Below are positions 17,889-27,556 of a stretch of 64,000 bases of DNA, in pieces. Source of the stretch: an uncultured Acidobacteriota bacterium (lineage in GTDB: Bacteria > Acidobacteriota > Thermoanaerobaculia > UBA5066); contig CAVZYA010000002.1 in the NCBI GenBank assembly GCA_963779415.1, forward strand, positions 1 through 64,000, read 5' to 3'. The notes under the pieces were generated by a model. The model saw only the letters and a program-made list of their open reading frames with translations. It did no database searches and had not been told where the DNA came from. Numbering within the stretch: the first letter of the stretch is position 1; the number at the start of each line of letters is the position of its first letter. The position numbers and the translations under genes were made by a program.

Positions 17889-20285
17889 ATGACCCGGAAA
17901 CGAAGCGGCACGAAGATTCGCACCCCGGATGAGCCCGGGCGCGCCAAGCCCCGTGCGGAAAACTCCGTACCGACCCGGCGTTACCCTGAACGGACGGCCG
18001 CCCTCCAGCGTGCTGTCCGTGCCATCCGGCCGAGAACCTGGAAAGTCGCTCTGGCTGCGCTCCTCGTCCTGGTCCTGGGATTCTTCACTCTGAAGCTCCT
18101 TCGCGTCCACGGTGCCGCCGCTCGCCGCACGCCGGTCATCCTCATCTCCATCGACACGTTGAGGGCTGACCGATTGCCGACCTACGGCTATGGAAAGATC
18201 AAGACGCCCGCCATCGACGAACTGGCCCGCAGCGGCGTCGTCTTCGAGAACTGCTACACCCACGTTCCACTGACGCTCCCGGCCCACGCATCCATTTTCA
18301 CCGGATTGCTGCCTCCTGTGCATGGAGTGCGAAACAACATTGGTTTCCAGCTCGCCAATGGCGCCAGAACGCTGGCGACGGAATTGAAGCAAGCCGGCTA
18401 TTCCACGGGCGGGGCGGTTTCCGCGTACGTGCTGCACTCATCGACGGGAATCTCCCAGGGTTTCGAGTGGTTCGACGATGACATGAAAGCGACCGATGCC
18501 CAGGTTCCCGTCACGGAGATCCAACGAGACGGAATGGAGACCCTCGGCCGGGCGCTGGCGTGGTTGACCCAACAATCCACGGGATCCGGATCCCCGGTGG
18601 GCAAGAGGGGTCCCGTCTTCCTGTTCGTGCACTTTTACGAACCTCACACGCCGTACAAGCCACCCACGCGATTCCTGCGACCGGACAGGGCTCCCTACGA
18701 CGGGGAAGTCATGTACAGCGACGAAATCGTGGGCAACCTCTTTGCGGGGCTACGGAAGCTGGACCTCTACGATTCGAGCCTGATCGTCCTGCTTTCGGAC
18801 CATGGCGAAGCCCTGGGGGACCACGGTGAACCCGATCACGGAGTCTTCCTGTACCGGGAGGTGATGCACGTCCCGCTCATCATCAAGCTTCCCGGGAGCC
18901 AGAATGGCGGGAGTCGCATTCAGGTTCCGGTGCAGCTCATCGACGTCGCACCGACCATCTTCGAGTGGGCTGGTCTCCCGCCGAATTCGCAGCTTCCCGG
19001 GAAGTCGCTGATTCCGGCGCTTCGAGGCCAGGAGTTCCCCGAAGACCGCCAGATATATGCGGAGAGCCTGTACGGTCGCCTGCACTTCGGCTGGAAGGAA
19101 CTCTTCAGCCTGACGAGCTCTCAATACAGCTTCATTCTCGCTCCCCGGCAGGAGCTCTACGACGTCCGGCAGGACCCGGGAGAGGTCCACAACCTGCTCT
19201 CCCAGGGCACTTCGGTCGTGTCGACGAGCGCGGGGCTTTCCAGGTCCGTAGCCTTCGAGTACGAGAAGATGCACAGGAGGTTGAGGACCTACGTGGGGCA
19301 AACGGTGCTCAAGGCCCCGGGCACCGTCGACGAGGAACAGGTCAAGAAGCTCCGGGCCCTCGGCTATATCGGCTCCGGAACGCTGGATTCCCTCGGGGAC
19401 GACGCAGCTCCCGATCCGAAGGATCGGATCGGCGATCTGGTCCTCTACCGGCAGGCCATGAGGATGAAGAGCGTCTGTTTCTTTACCAAGGTGGCCGGGA
19501 TTCTTCAGAAAGTCCTGGCAGGCAGTCCACGAATGATCGACGCGTGGGACGAGCTGAGCGAAACATACCGGCGTCTTGGCGACCTCGACAAGGCAGCGGA
19601 CGCGCTGAAACAAAGCCTTCTGATAGCACCGAAGAGAAATCGGCAACGCTTTGATCTCGTCGACATTCTTCTTCAGCTCCATCGTTTCGACGAAGCCAGG
19701 AAAGAGCTGGAATTAGCCGCCTTCGAAAAGCCGGATGAAGCAGAGGCCCGACGCGCCCTTCTGGAAATCACCGAAGGGCGACCCGAAGCCGCCCGAGAGG
19801 CGGCAACTCGAGCAGCGCGAGGCCTTCCCGCCGCCGTTCCGTTCATAGAAGGGGTACTGTCGTATCGAAACCGGGAGTATTCGAAGGCTCTTCCCTTGTT
19901 CCAGAAAGCCCTCGATGGACTCCAGGGGCGTTCCCCCCGGACCTTGCCTTACATCCATTTCTACCTGGGAGCCCTTCTCCTTCAGGATAGCCGCAACATC
20001 GAAGACGAAGCCGGGCGGACCCGGCTCCGGCAGGAAGCGGAACGGCACCTCCTGACGGAGTTGACCCTCAACCCTACGAATGCGGATGCCGCCACGTCGC
20101 TGTGTCTCCTTCATGCCCTGGGACACGATTTGCAGAAGGTCCATGAGGTCCTCAACGAATTCGCGAGACAGAACCCGTCCGTAGTGACTTACAAGCTCAT
20201 CGCCGATCTCTACGGCAGGATGAAATTGGATAGAGATGCGGCCCGATGGAAAGAGCGAGCGCGCCTGGGGGTAAACGGCAGCTGA
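17889..20285 (+). CDS. Sulfatase-like (alkaline phosphatase superfamily) hydrolase/transferase with C-terminal TPRs
   Basis: TM anchor; ISIDTLRADRL, PLTLPAHASIFTG, HFYEPHTPY, LSDHGE, VPLIIK, ELYD...DPGE; helical TPR-like C-terminus. Confidence 0.9.
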   Translation: MTRKRSGTKIRTPDEPGRAKPRAENSVPTRRYPERTAALQRAVRAIRPRTWKVALAALLVLVLGFFTLKLLRVHGAAARRTPVILISIDTLRADRLPTYGYGKIKTPAIDELARSGVVFENCYTHVPLTLPAHASIFTGLLPPVHGVRNNIGFQLANGARTLATELKQAGYSTGGAVSAYVLHSSTGISQGFEWFDDDMKATDAQVPVTEIQRDGMETLGRALAWLTQQSTGSGSPVGKRGPVFLFVHFYEPHTPYKPPTRFLRPDRAPYDGEVMYSDEIVGNLFAGLRKLDLYDSSLIVLLSDHGEALGDHGEPDHGVFLYREVMHVPLIIKLPGSQNGGSRIQVPVQLIDVAPTIFEWAGLPPNSQLPGKSLIPALRGQEFPEDRQIYAESLYGRLHFGWKELFSLTSSQYSFILAPRQELYDVRQDPGEVHNLLSQGTSVVSTSAGLSRSVAFEYEKMHRRLRTYVGQTVLKAPGTVDEEQVKKLRALGYIGSGTLDSLGDDAAPDPKDRIGDLVLYRQAMRMKSVCFFTKVAGILQKVLAGSPRMIDAWDELSETYRRLGDLDKAADALKQSLLIAPKRNRQRFDLVDILLQLHRFDEARKELELAAFEKPDEAEARRALLEITEGRPEAAREAATRAARGLPAAVPFIEGVLSYRNREYSKALPLFQKALDGLQGRSPRTLPYIHFYLGALLLQDSRNIEDEAGRTRLRQEAERHLLTELTLNPTNADAATSLCLLHALGHDLQKVHEVLNEFARQNPSVVTYKLIADLYGRMKLDRDAARWKERARLGVNGS

Positions 20286-20334
20286 GGGAGAGGGTGCAGC
20301 TCCGGGTCGTTCGTCCGGGACTATCGTCAGGGGC

Positions 20335-20553
20335 TGTACGGGCGCAATGGAAATCGGGGGGCTATCTCGCCTCGAAGGTGCGGTCCTGTCCTCCGGCTTC
20401 CTCGATCCCGCCCGGCCGGACTGGCATTCTGTCCGGACGGGGGTTCTCTATGCGTTCCTTCCAGTACGCTCGGCTCCGGTGTCCCGGCGATCCCGTCGTA
20501 CGCCGTTCGGTCCATCCTGCAGCGCTTGCCGCAACTCCCATTGCACCCCTACA
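20335..20553. mobile_element. 219-bp MITE, TGT...ACA family
   Basis: TGTACGGGCGCAATGGAAATC ... GCGCTTGCCGCAACTCCCATTGCACCCCTACA; both ends match 27557-28637. Confidence 0.85.
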
Positions 20554-20589
20554 CATTTCCCTTTCTTCTAAGGAACTCCGCGGGCCTTC

Positions 20590-20982
20590 TTACGGACTAT
20601 TGCATGACACCGATTCCACGATTACGTCGTCGATGGTAATCGTTTTGTCAATGATCGTCACATCGTGATCGTTCGACACGTTTACCTGAGTCCGTCCTTT
20701 GTCGATGGTGAACGGACTGGAAAGTCTATCGACGAGAATTTTCGACTGGACGTCGTCGTTATAATGAAACTTCACAGCAAACCGTACGAAACCTTCGCAT
20801 GGATAGTCTCCGCACCAACCCGCGTGGACGCTGAACATGAAGTTGTACTTGTTCCTCTCGACTTCATGGAAGCCGCGGGAGTCGGCTTCTGCCGAGCAGG
20901 GACCGGCGAAGGCGATCGAAGGCATGAAACAGGCTAAAAGTAGCAATATGCGATATCCGAAGGAAGAGAGGCGCTTGGACAT
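20590..20982 (-). CDS. Small secreted hypothetical protein (lower GC, several Cys)
   Basis: Signal peptide ending AFA-G; beta-rich mature part. Confidence 0.65.
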   Translation of the reverse strand: MSKRLSSFGYRILLLLACFMPSIAFAGPCSAEADSRGFHEVERNKYNFMFSVHAGWCGDYPCEGFVRFAVKFHYNDDVQSKILVDRLSSPFTIDKGRTQVNVSNDHDVTIIDKTITIDDVIVESVSCNSP

Positions 20983-21388
20983 ACGTTTTCTCTCAGGTGT
21001 CCGTAGCGTTGATGGTACGCTTGGGGTAGAAGGACGACGCTTTGCATCCACGTAACATGTTCATGTGAAGCGGTGCAATTCCAGGGGACTCTCCGTCTGC
21101 TCCGTCACGACAGAGGATGAGGGTTCGAGCCCTGAGTGCAGGGCAGCTGAGCATCGTTTCTCCAACCTGGAAGGCCAGGAGATCGTCCGGCACGATCTCG
21201 GCCGCTTCGGGATCGCGCCCGTCTCGGGGAAGGTGTCGTCGTACCCGATTTCATTCTGATCCCCCCTGTTCTTCTTGAACTTCTCCCGCATACCGATCTC
21301 CCTGAACACGACGTGTCATCACCTGCCGAAAGGAATCAGAGGCGGCCAAGGCAAGAAGAAACCGAGAGGCGCCGGATCAAACGTTTCA

Positions 21389-21417
21389 TGTATAGAGTGA
21401 GACGCACTCTCTGTCAA
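21389..21417 (-). promoter_or_regulatory. Putative sigma70 promoter with palindromic operator in the spacer
   Basis: Minus strand TTGACA-N17-TATACA; inverted repeat AGAGTG-N5-CACTCT at 21394-21410. Confidence 0.45.
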
Positions 21418-21492
21418 GGGCGGAAAGGAGGCCTTGTGCCTCCGAGGGACGAGACACGGTTTCAATTCGTCATGGTGTTCGGGCGTGTCGGG

Positions 21493-21715
21493 TATACGGG
21501 GGTGCAAGCGGAAATTCCGCGGGCTGTTTCACCCAGAAGGTGTGGTCCTGTCTTCCGGTTTCCTCCGCGCCGCCCAGTCCTATTGGCGTTCACGCCGGTG
21601 TCGGCCAGGGGGGAGCACAGGAATCTCGGCGGGCTGAGACAATTATGCCGCTTTTCGGACTCGTCATGGGATTCTGGCAAGGTAAAACCGGTCGCAATCC
21701 CATGGCACCATTACA
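21493..21715. mobile_element. Degenerate MITE, TGT...ACA family
   Basis: TATACGGGGGTGCAAGCGGAAATT...GAAGGTGTGGTCCTGTCTTCCGGTTTCCTC ... GCAATCCCATGGCACCATTACA. Confidence 0.65.
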
Positions 21716-21746
21716 CGCGCTCGCCTGAGCCGGTTATCCTCTCCAC

Positions 21747-22526
21747 ATGTTGAATCTCGTCGGGGCCGTTCTCACCTTCTCGATGGCCTCCCTCGCGATG
21801 CTCGTCTGCCTGGAGATCGGCAGGCGTGTCGGCCGCCGGTCCCTCGCCGGGGGCGAGACGGCCCACCCTGCGGGACTCGGGACCGTCGAGACCGTCGCGT
21901 TCGGGCTCCTGGGACTCCTTCTCGCATTCACGTTCTCGGGCGCCGCCACACGGTTCGACGTGCGCCGGGCCCAGATCGTCGAGGAGGCGAACGCCATCGG
22001 GACCGCATGGCTCCGCCTCGACCTCCTTCCACAGGCCGCTCAGCCGAAGCTGCGCGACGGGTTTCGCCGGTACGTAGACCTCCGGCTCGAGACTTACCGG
22101 TGTATCGCGAATTCCGACCTCGCGACCGCGCGAGCCACCTATGACCGTTCCACTGCGCTCCAGAACGAGATCTGGGCAAACGCCGTGGCGGCGTGCCGGG
22201 AGGCCCCCTCGCAGGCGTCGATCGTCCTCCTCCCGGCCCTGAACGCGATGATCGACATCACGACGACCCGGATGGCCGCCACCGAGATGCACCCGCCCCG
22301 AATCATCTACGTCGTCCTCGGGGTGATCTCTCTCGTCTGCGCCCTTCTCGTGGGATACCAGATGGGTGCCAGTCCGGTGCGGAGCTGGCTCCATGTCTGG
22401 GGGTTCGCGCTCATCCTCGCCTTCACCCTGTACGTGATCCTGGACTTCGAGTACCCGCGCCTCGGCCTTATCCGGATCGACGACTTCGACAAGCTCCTCG
22501 TCCAGGTCCGGGCCTTGATGAAGTGA
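21747..22526 (+). CDS. DUF4239-like (bestrophin-like) membrane protein
   Basis: GLLGLLLAFTFSGAATRF...EEANAIGTAWLRLDLLP...ILDFEYPRLGLIRID. Confidence 0.85.
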   Translation: MLNLVGAVLTFSMASLAMLVCLEIGRRVGRRSLAGGETAHPAGLGTVETVAFGLLGLLLAFTFSGAATRFDVRRAQIVEEANAIGTAWLRLDLLPQAAQPKLRDGFRRYVDLRLETYRCIANSDLATARATYDRSTALQNEIWANAVAACREAPSQASIVLLPALNAMIDITTTRMAATEMHPPRIIYVVLGVISLVCALLVGYQMGASPVRSWLHVWGFALILAFTLYVILDFEYPRLGLIRIDDFDKLLVQVRALMK

Positions 22527-22581
22527 CGTTCCTGACGTCACGGTCGGTCAATATGGAAGACTCTGCGAGCGTCGACTGACG

Positions 22582-22615
22582 AAAAAAAAGGCTGCCACAC
22601 GCAAGTCTGGCAGCC
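22582..22615 (-). terminator. Intrinsic terminator
   Basis: Stem GGCTGCCA/TGGCAGCC followed on the minus strand by T8. Confidence 0.75.
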
Positions 22616-22623
22616 GGATACGT

Positions 22624-22700
22624 AGTGGCTCCCCACTCGGTCGGCTGCGCGAACGGCGTTCTCAGGGCTGAAAGCCGAGACTCAACTCGTTTTCGGCCCC
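22624..22700. repeat. Divergent tRNA-3'-end-like core plus proximal att arm
   Basis: AGTGGCTCCCCA (minus: TGGGGAGCCA) then TCGGTCGGCTGCGCGAACGGCGTTCTCAGGG...TCAACTCGTTTTCGGCC. Confidence 0.65.
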
Positions 22701-22702
22701 GG

Positions 22703-22845
22703 TGTCGATCGCCAGAATCGCACCGTAGGCGAGAGTCGGAGCAGAACCGGTCTCGACCGGGACGGCGTGGGGACTGAAGGAAGTCCAGTCGGCCGAGCCA
22801 CGTACGCCCTCATTCGGACACCTTATGGAATTCTGCCGAGGCTCA
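22703..22845. mobile_element. ~145-bp miniature of the 17214-17707 element
   Basis: TGTCGATCGCCAGAATCGC...GAGAGTCGG...ACCGGTCTCGAC ... TTCGGACACCTTATGGAATTCTGCCGAGGC. Confidence 0.72.
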
Positions 22846-23215
22846 CGTGGCTCTCGCCCACGGCCGCCCCTGAAGCTGCTCGAGAAGGTACCCCTCGTAC
22901 GGTGTCAGCTTCCCCGGCCTCGCCGGCCCGGGCCCGTAGCTCTTCGGTACGGTCAGCATCAGAGCTCGCCGGACCGTCACCCGCGACAGCCCCGTCGTCC
23001 GGGCATTGTGCAGGACCGACATCCCCTGCCGAGTCAATGTCTTGATGTCCATCCACGTTTCCTGGCTGATCACGCGATGCCTCCGCAGCTTCGGCTCGCT
23101 CCGCTCGCCTTCGCGGCGGAGGCATCTCATCGCACTTCCTCCCCGGCGGAGCCCCACCCCGGGGTGGTCCACTTTTCAATGTTCCTTCTGGACCACTATT
23201 ACGTGTTCATCGACA
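22846..23215 (-). pseudogene. IS21-family left end and truncated istA
   Basis: Minus-strand end TGTCGATGAACAC... with repeated AGTGG(T/A)CCA; ISQETWMDIKTLTRQGMS...GLSRVTVRRAL...KLTPYEGYL; no DDE domain or istB. Confidence 0.8.
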
Positions 23216-23370
23216 GTATTTCCGGGCCGGACAGAGAACATTCAACCCGTTCTCAGCCCGGAACTGCCTCTGAATGAATCGGTTTCACCGGGAAGCGTGT
23301 CATCTCTGCTGAAACTGCCACCCCGCTCTCCATATCCGATGCGGGCCGCACTTCCCATTGCACCCCTACA
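23216..23370. repeat. att-arm repeat (proximal part lost at the IS21 end) followed by a TGT...ACA right end
   Basis: CAGAGAACATTCAACCCGTTCTCAGCC identical to 12817-12843; TGAAACTGCCACCCC 23310-23324; CCCATTGCACCCCTACA ending 23370. Confidence 0.8.
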
Positions 23371-23713
23371 GTGCCCGACAACGTCACGGCGACCAGGTCA
23401 CCTTCTAGACTCGGAGCCCGACCTGCGCCGTACCTGTCCCGGCCGTCCCCGGCTAGCGGCCGTCATCTGTTCCGGGAGGGCCGGCTCCCTCTCCCGGCGT
23501 CACTCGCGGGTCCTTGCGCCCTCCTCCCAACGCGATATCGTCAGGCCTCAGGGAAGGAGAGGGAAAACCGATGACGCCGGTTTTCACGTCTCTCGCGTGC
23601 CGTTCCGTACCGCACAACGCCTCGAGGTCTGCTCCGGCCGTCCGCCGGCCACGCGAAGTCCGTCCCGGTTCCCCGACGGTGACCCGGCGTGACTGCCTCA
23701 TGGGAGGCCCACG

Positions 23714-24733
23714 ATGAAACCGGGATTCCCGATCGCCGTCCTAGCCGTCGCCTTCGCGCTGTCTGAGTCCTCCGCCCGCGCCCAGAAGACAGCCACCCAG
23801 CCGCCGGTCGACTGCGCCGCCTTACAGCAGGACCTCTTCATCGACCTGAAGGAGGTCGTCAAGGCCGGATGCTCTCCCTCCGAGGCCCAGCTCATGAGGC
23901 TGCTGGAAAATCCCGTGAGTAACCTCGTGGCGCTTCCCTTTCAGTACGACTACATTCAGCTAAACGCGCCACGCGCCAACATCACGAAAGCCCTGCACAG
24001 GTTTCAGATCATGCCGACCTTCCCGCTCGGCCTGGGACCTGACTGGAACCTGATCAACCGAGTGGTCTTTCCGTTCCTCAGCGTGCCGATCAACGAGGGG
24101 TTCGGCGACTGTATCGGGCTGGGGTCGGGCTGGGTCAACACCTGCCCGAGCTTTCCGGACGCCCTGACCGACCCCTTCAAGCATACGTTCGGCTTTGGCG
24201 ACATGGTCTACGTGGGGTTGGTCTCACCAAAAAAAGTCATCAAGATCGAATCGACGGGCGCCGCGGTCATCTGGGGTCTGGGGCCCACCACGATGTTCCC
24301 GACGGCTTCAGACGAGGTGCTGGGGTACGGCAAATACGGCCTGGGACCTTCGGGCGTGGTCGCTTACCTCGGTTCAAAATGGTCGCTCGGCATCTTTGCG
24401 CAGCACTGGTGGTCCATCGCCGGAGACAGCAAGCGCGCCGAAGTCAGTCTCACCAATATCCAGTATTTCATCTACTACAAGCCTCCCTGGAATCCCGAAG
24501 CGCAGTGGCGCATCGGCATGAGCCCCAATATCTCCATCAACTGGAAGGCGAGCGGCGACAAGACGATCCTTCCGGTCGGGCTGGGCATCAGCAGAATGAT
24601 CCAGGTCGGCCCGTTGCCCGTGGAGATCTCGATCGAGGCCGACTATTCGGTCCTTCATCCCGACGACAAGCCCGGAAGCCGCTGGGACTTCCGCGTCTAC
24701 TTCGTTCCGGTGATTCCCACCTTCATGTTCTAG
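23714..24733 (+). CDS. Putative outer-membrane beta-barrel protein ('neuromedin U'-annotated/transporter-like family)
   Basis: GGGAGG RBS; signal peptide; NPVSNLVALPFQ, WNLINR, GFGDM, WGLGP...FPTASD...LG.GK.GLGPS, LPVGLG. Confidence 0.8.
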   Translation: MKPGFPIAVLAVAFALSESSARAQKTATQPPVDCAALQQDLFIDLKEVVKAGCSPSEAQLMRLLENPVSNLVALPFQYDYIQLNAPRANITKALHRFQIMPTFPLGLGPDWNLINRVVFPFLSVPINEGFGDCIGLGSGWVNTCPSFPDALTDPFKHTFGFGDMVYVGLVSPKKVIKIESTGAAVIWGLGPTTMFPTASDEVLGYGKYGLGPSGVVAYLGSKWSLGIFAQHWWSIAGDSKRAEVSLTNIQYFIYYKPPWNPEAQWRIGMSPNISINWKASGDKTILPVGLGISRMIQVGPLPVEISIEADYSVLHPDDKPGSRWDFRVYFVPVIPTFMF

Positions 24734-24780
24734 CGCAGTGAATCCGACTCGGGCTCGAAGCGATGAGCGGTTTGCCGGCA

Positions 24781-24999
24781 GGGTCCTCACGCCATTCCCA
24801 GCCCCTCAGCTCTGCGACGTTTCGGGCCTCGACCATCGTCCCGGCCTCCCATGCCTCAGCGCGATCGTGATCTGCTCTCCGGTGAATAGACTTCTCCTCA
24901 TTGACCCGTCCTCCCGGCTTATTCCGAAGCGTTCAAACGAACCGAAAACTACGCCCGTTTCCGAGAGCGGCCTCTGGCCAGGAAACGGGGATCAGACCC
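24781..24999 (-). mobile_element. ~220-bp internal-deletion derivative (MITE) of an IS3 related to 1-1252
   Basis: 24781-24832 resembles 1-52 and joins directly to a match of ~1090-1251 (OrfA 5' end, promoter region, IR). Confidence 0.85.
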
Positions 25000-25125
25000 T
25001 TCGCCCGTCTGCCCCGGGGTCCGCCAACCACGAATGCTCGAGTACGTACTTCTCCGTGTCGGCCCTGGTATCTCGGCATCCATTCAGCCGGGCCCGTTGC
25101 AGGCGTTCGTCTGAGGAGTGGAGCC

Positions 25126-25950
25126 ATGCGATTCGGGCTGTTTGGTCTCCTGACCTTCTGTGGGTTCGTCGTGTTCGCGCTTACGATGACCTTCGCGCCC
25201 GCCCTGCCGATGTGGTTCAACTACGCCGGACGTGGCGGCGTCCTCATTGTCTTCGGCGTTCTGTGGTGGAGCGCCCGCAGCAGCCAGCGGCTGGCGAACT
25301 TCCAGCCGGTTCTCTTCGCCTACTTCACGGCAGTCCTCGGCCAGTCGCTCGGGTTCTTCTTCGCAGATCCGATCATTGGGTTCCTGGGAGTGACGACCCG
25401 GACTCCCGCCGGAGTCGCACTCGCGAAATTCTCGCAAGCGTCGCTGATCGTCATCGGCGTGCTCGCCATGGCGAGACTCTGCGGAGAAAGTTTCACATCA
25501 CTCTACCTCCGGGCGGGCCGCTTGATGTTCGGGCTCGGCGTCGGCCTGGCCGGCGGCGTCGTGTGCCTCGGCCTGGCGTTCCAGCAACCGGCAGTGAGAG
25601 CACTCGGCGCGGCGAGGCTGCTGTCGCTAACTCCCTGGATACTGCTCTTCGTCGCCTCCAACGGCTTCATGGAGGAACTCCTCTTCCGGGGGCTGTTCCT
25701 CGGACGATACGAGACGGTCGTGGGGAAATGGCCGGCGATTTTTTCGACCGCCCTGGCCTTTACCCTGGCCCACATGCAGGTGTCTTACGCGCCCGACATG
25801 GTCGTGTTTCTCGTCGTGCTGCTCGGACTCTCGATCGCCTGGGGGTGGCTGATACAGAAGACCGGCAGCCTCTGGGGATCCGTCGTGTTCCACGCGGGCG
25901 CAGACTTGTTGATCATCCTGCCGATCTTCAGCAGTCTTGGCGCTGTCTGA
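25126..25950 (+). CDS. CPBP/CAAX (Abi) family intramembrane metalloprotease
   Basis: Multi-TM; EELLFRG, FTLAH, TGSLWGSVVFHAGAD. Confidence 0.9.
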   Translation: MRFGLFGLLTFCGFVVFALTMTFAPALPMWFNYAGRGGVLIVFGVLWWSARSSQRLANFQPVLFAYFTAVLGQSLGFFFADPIIGFLGVTTRTPAGVALAKFSQASLIVIGVLAMARLCGESFTSLYLRAGRLMFGLGVGLAGGVVCLGLAFQQPAVRALGAARLLSLTPWILLFVASNGFMEELLFRGLFLGRYETVVGKWPAIFSTALAFTLAHMQVSYAPDMVVFLVVLLGLSIAWGWLIQKTGSLWGSVVFHAGADLLIILPIFSSLGAV

Positions 25951-25967
25951 GGGGAAGTGACGAGGAA

Positions 25968-26110
25968 TGTAAGGGCGCAATGGGAATTGCCGGAGGCCGT
26001 GACGCGCAGAGGCTGGGGGCAGGAGTCAGCCCGGGGAGCGCAGGAACCTCAATCGGCTGAGGCTCGTACGCCTCCGTTCGGACACCCCTATGGGATTCTG
26101 ACGAGGCACA
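25968..26110. mobile_element. TGT...ACA left end fused to one end of the 17214-17707 element
   Basis: TGTAAGGGCGCAATGGGAATTGCC then CCCGGGGAGCGCAGGAACC...TTCGGACACC...ATGGGATTCTGACGAGGCAC (compare 17630-17708). Confidence 0.75.
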
Positions 26111-26114
26111 GGCG

Positions 26115-27542
26115 TCACCCCGCGATTCGCCGCAGCCAGGACAGGATCCACGCCACCTTCGCGGTGTACGGTGGGAAGAGCAGCTTGGTCGTCGGCCACA
26201 GCGTCTGACGCAGCACCGCGCGCGCGTGCGACATCGCCTCGAAGCCGTAGCGGCCGTGGTAGTTCCCCATGCCGCTCTCGCCGACGCCGCCGAACGGCAC
26301 GTACGGGTTGGCGAGGTGCACGACCGTGTTGTTGACGCAGGAGCCGCCGGCCGTGGTCGAGCGCAACAGCTTGTTGATGTTGCGCCGGCTGCCACTGAAG
26401 ACGTAGAGCGCGAGCGGCTTCGGGCGCAACCGGACCAGAGCGATCGCCTGATCGAGGTTGTCAAACTTGAGGATCGGCAGCACCGGCCCGAAGATCTCCT
26501 CGGCCATGATCGGGTTCGTCGGTGCGACGTCAGCGAGGATGGTCGGCGCCATGCGGCGGGTGGCGACATTGGCGGCGCCGCCGATGACCAGGCGGGCGCC
26601 CGCCTTCACGCTCGCGCGCACGAGGCTCTCGAGTCGCTCGCAGGAGCGGGTGTCGACGATGCTGGCGAAGCTGCCGCTGTTGAGGCGCGCCTCCTCGCTC
26701 GACCCGTAGAAGCGCTCGATGGTGGCACACATCGCCTCGGCGAAGCGATCGGCGACCGCGGCGTGCACGAGCGCATAGTCCGGGGCGACGCAGGTCTGAC
26801 CGGCGTTGATGAGCTTGCCCCAGGCGATGCACTCGGCGGCCGCCTGGATGTTCGCCGTCTCGTCGATGAAGACCGGTGACTTGCCGCCGAGCTCGAGCGT
26901 GACGGAGGCGAGGTGCTTGGCCGCGCAGGCCATCACCTTGCGGCCGGTGGCCGGGCTGCCGGTGAAGAAGACGTGATCGAAGGGGAGTTCGAGCAGCGCG
27001 TCGGCGAGCCCGCGGTCACCGAGGAGCACGGCCGCCTCGTTCCCCGGGAAGACCGAGGCGACGAGGTCGCGCATGAAGCGACCGGTACGCGGCGTCTTGT
27101 CGGACGGGCGCAACATGACGCAGTTGCCGGCGGCGATGGCAGCGATGAGCGGGTTGATGGCCAGCTGGAACGGATAGTTCCAGGGGGCGAGCACGAGCAC
27201 GAGCCCCTTCGGCTCGTACTGCACCACGCTGCGCGAGCCGAACAGCGTGATCGGCGTGCCCGCCCGGTGCGGCTTCATCCAGCGCTTGAGGTGACGGATG
27301 GCGACCGAGAGCTCTTCCACGACCGGGAGGATCTCGGTGAGCTCGGCCTCGACCGCGTGCTTGCCGAAGTCGGCGTGGATCGCTTCGCAGAGCTCCACTC
27401 GACGTGCCCGGATGGCATCCCGAAACTTGCGGAGCCTCGAAATGCGCTCGGCGGCGGTGGTGGTGGCCATCGCCCAACGGTTGGCGGTCTGTGCGTCGAA
27501 GATGCGCCGCGCCTCGGCGCGAGGGTCGCTCGTTGCGGTCAT
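26115..27542 (-). CDS. Aldehyde dehydrogenase (ALDH3/coniferyl-aldehyde-like)
   Basis: PWNYPF, FFTGS, LELGGKSP, NAGQTCVAPDY, EEIFGPVLP, PFGGVGESGMG. Confidence 0.95.
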   Translation of the reverse strand: MTATSDPRAEARRIFDAQTANRWAMATTTAAERISRLRKFRDAIRARRVELCEAIHADFGKHAVEAELTEILPVVEELSVAIRHLKRWMKPHRAGTPITLFGSRSVVQYEPKGLVLVLAPWNYPFQLAINPLIAAIAAGNCVMLRPSDKTPRTGRFMRDLVASVFPGNEAAVLLGDRGLADALLELPFDHVFFTGSPATGRKVMACAAKHLASVTLELGGKSPVFIDETANIQAAAECIAWGKLINAGQTCVAPDYALVHAAVADRFAEAMCATIERFYGSSEEARLNSGSFASIVDTRSCERLESLVRASVKAGARLVIGGAANVATRRMAPTILADVAPTNPIMAEEIFGPVLPILKFDNLDQAIALVRLRPKPLALYVFSGSRRNINKLLRSTTAGGSCVNNTVVHLANPYVPFGGVGESGMGNYHGRYGFEAMSHARAVLRQTLWPTTKLLFPPYTAKVAWILSWLRRIAG

Positions 27543-27556
27543 TTCTTCTCTCCTCC

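Noticed and set aside
21061-21309. 82-aa ORF as a gene
   Set aside because: No recognisable motif; may be a decayed gene, so not called.
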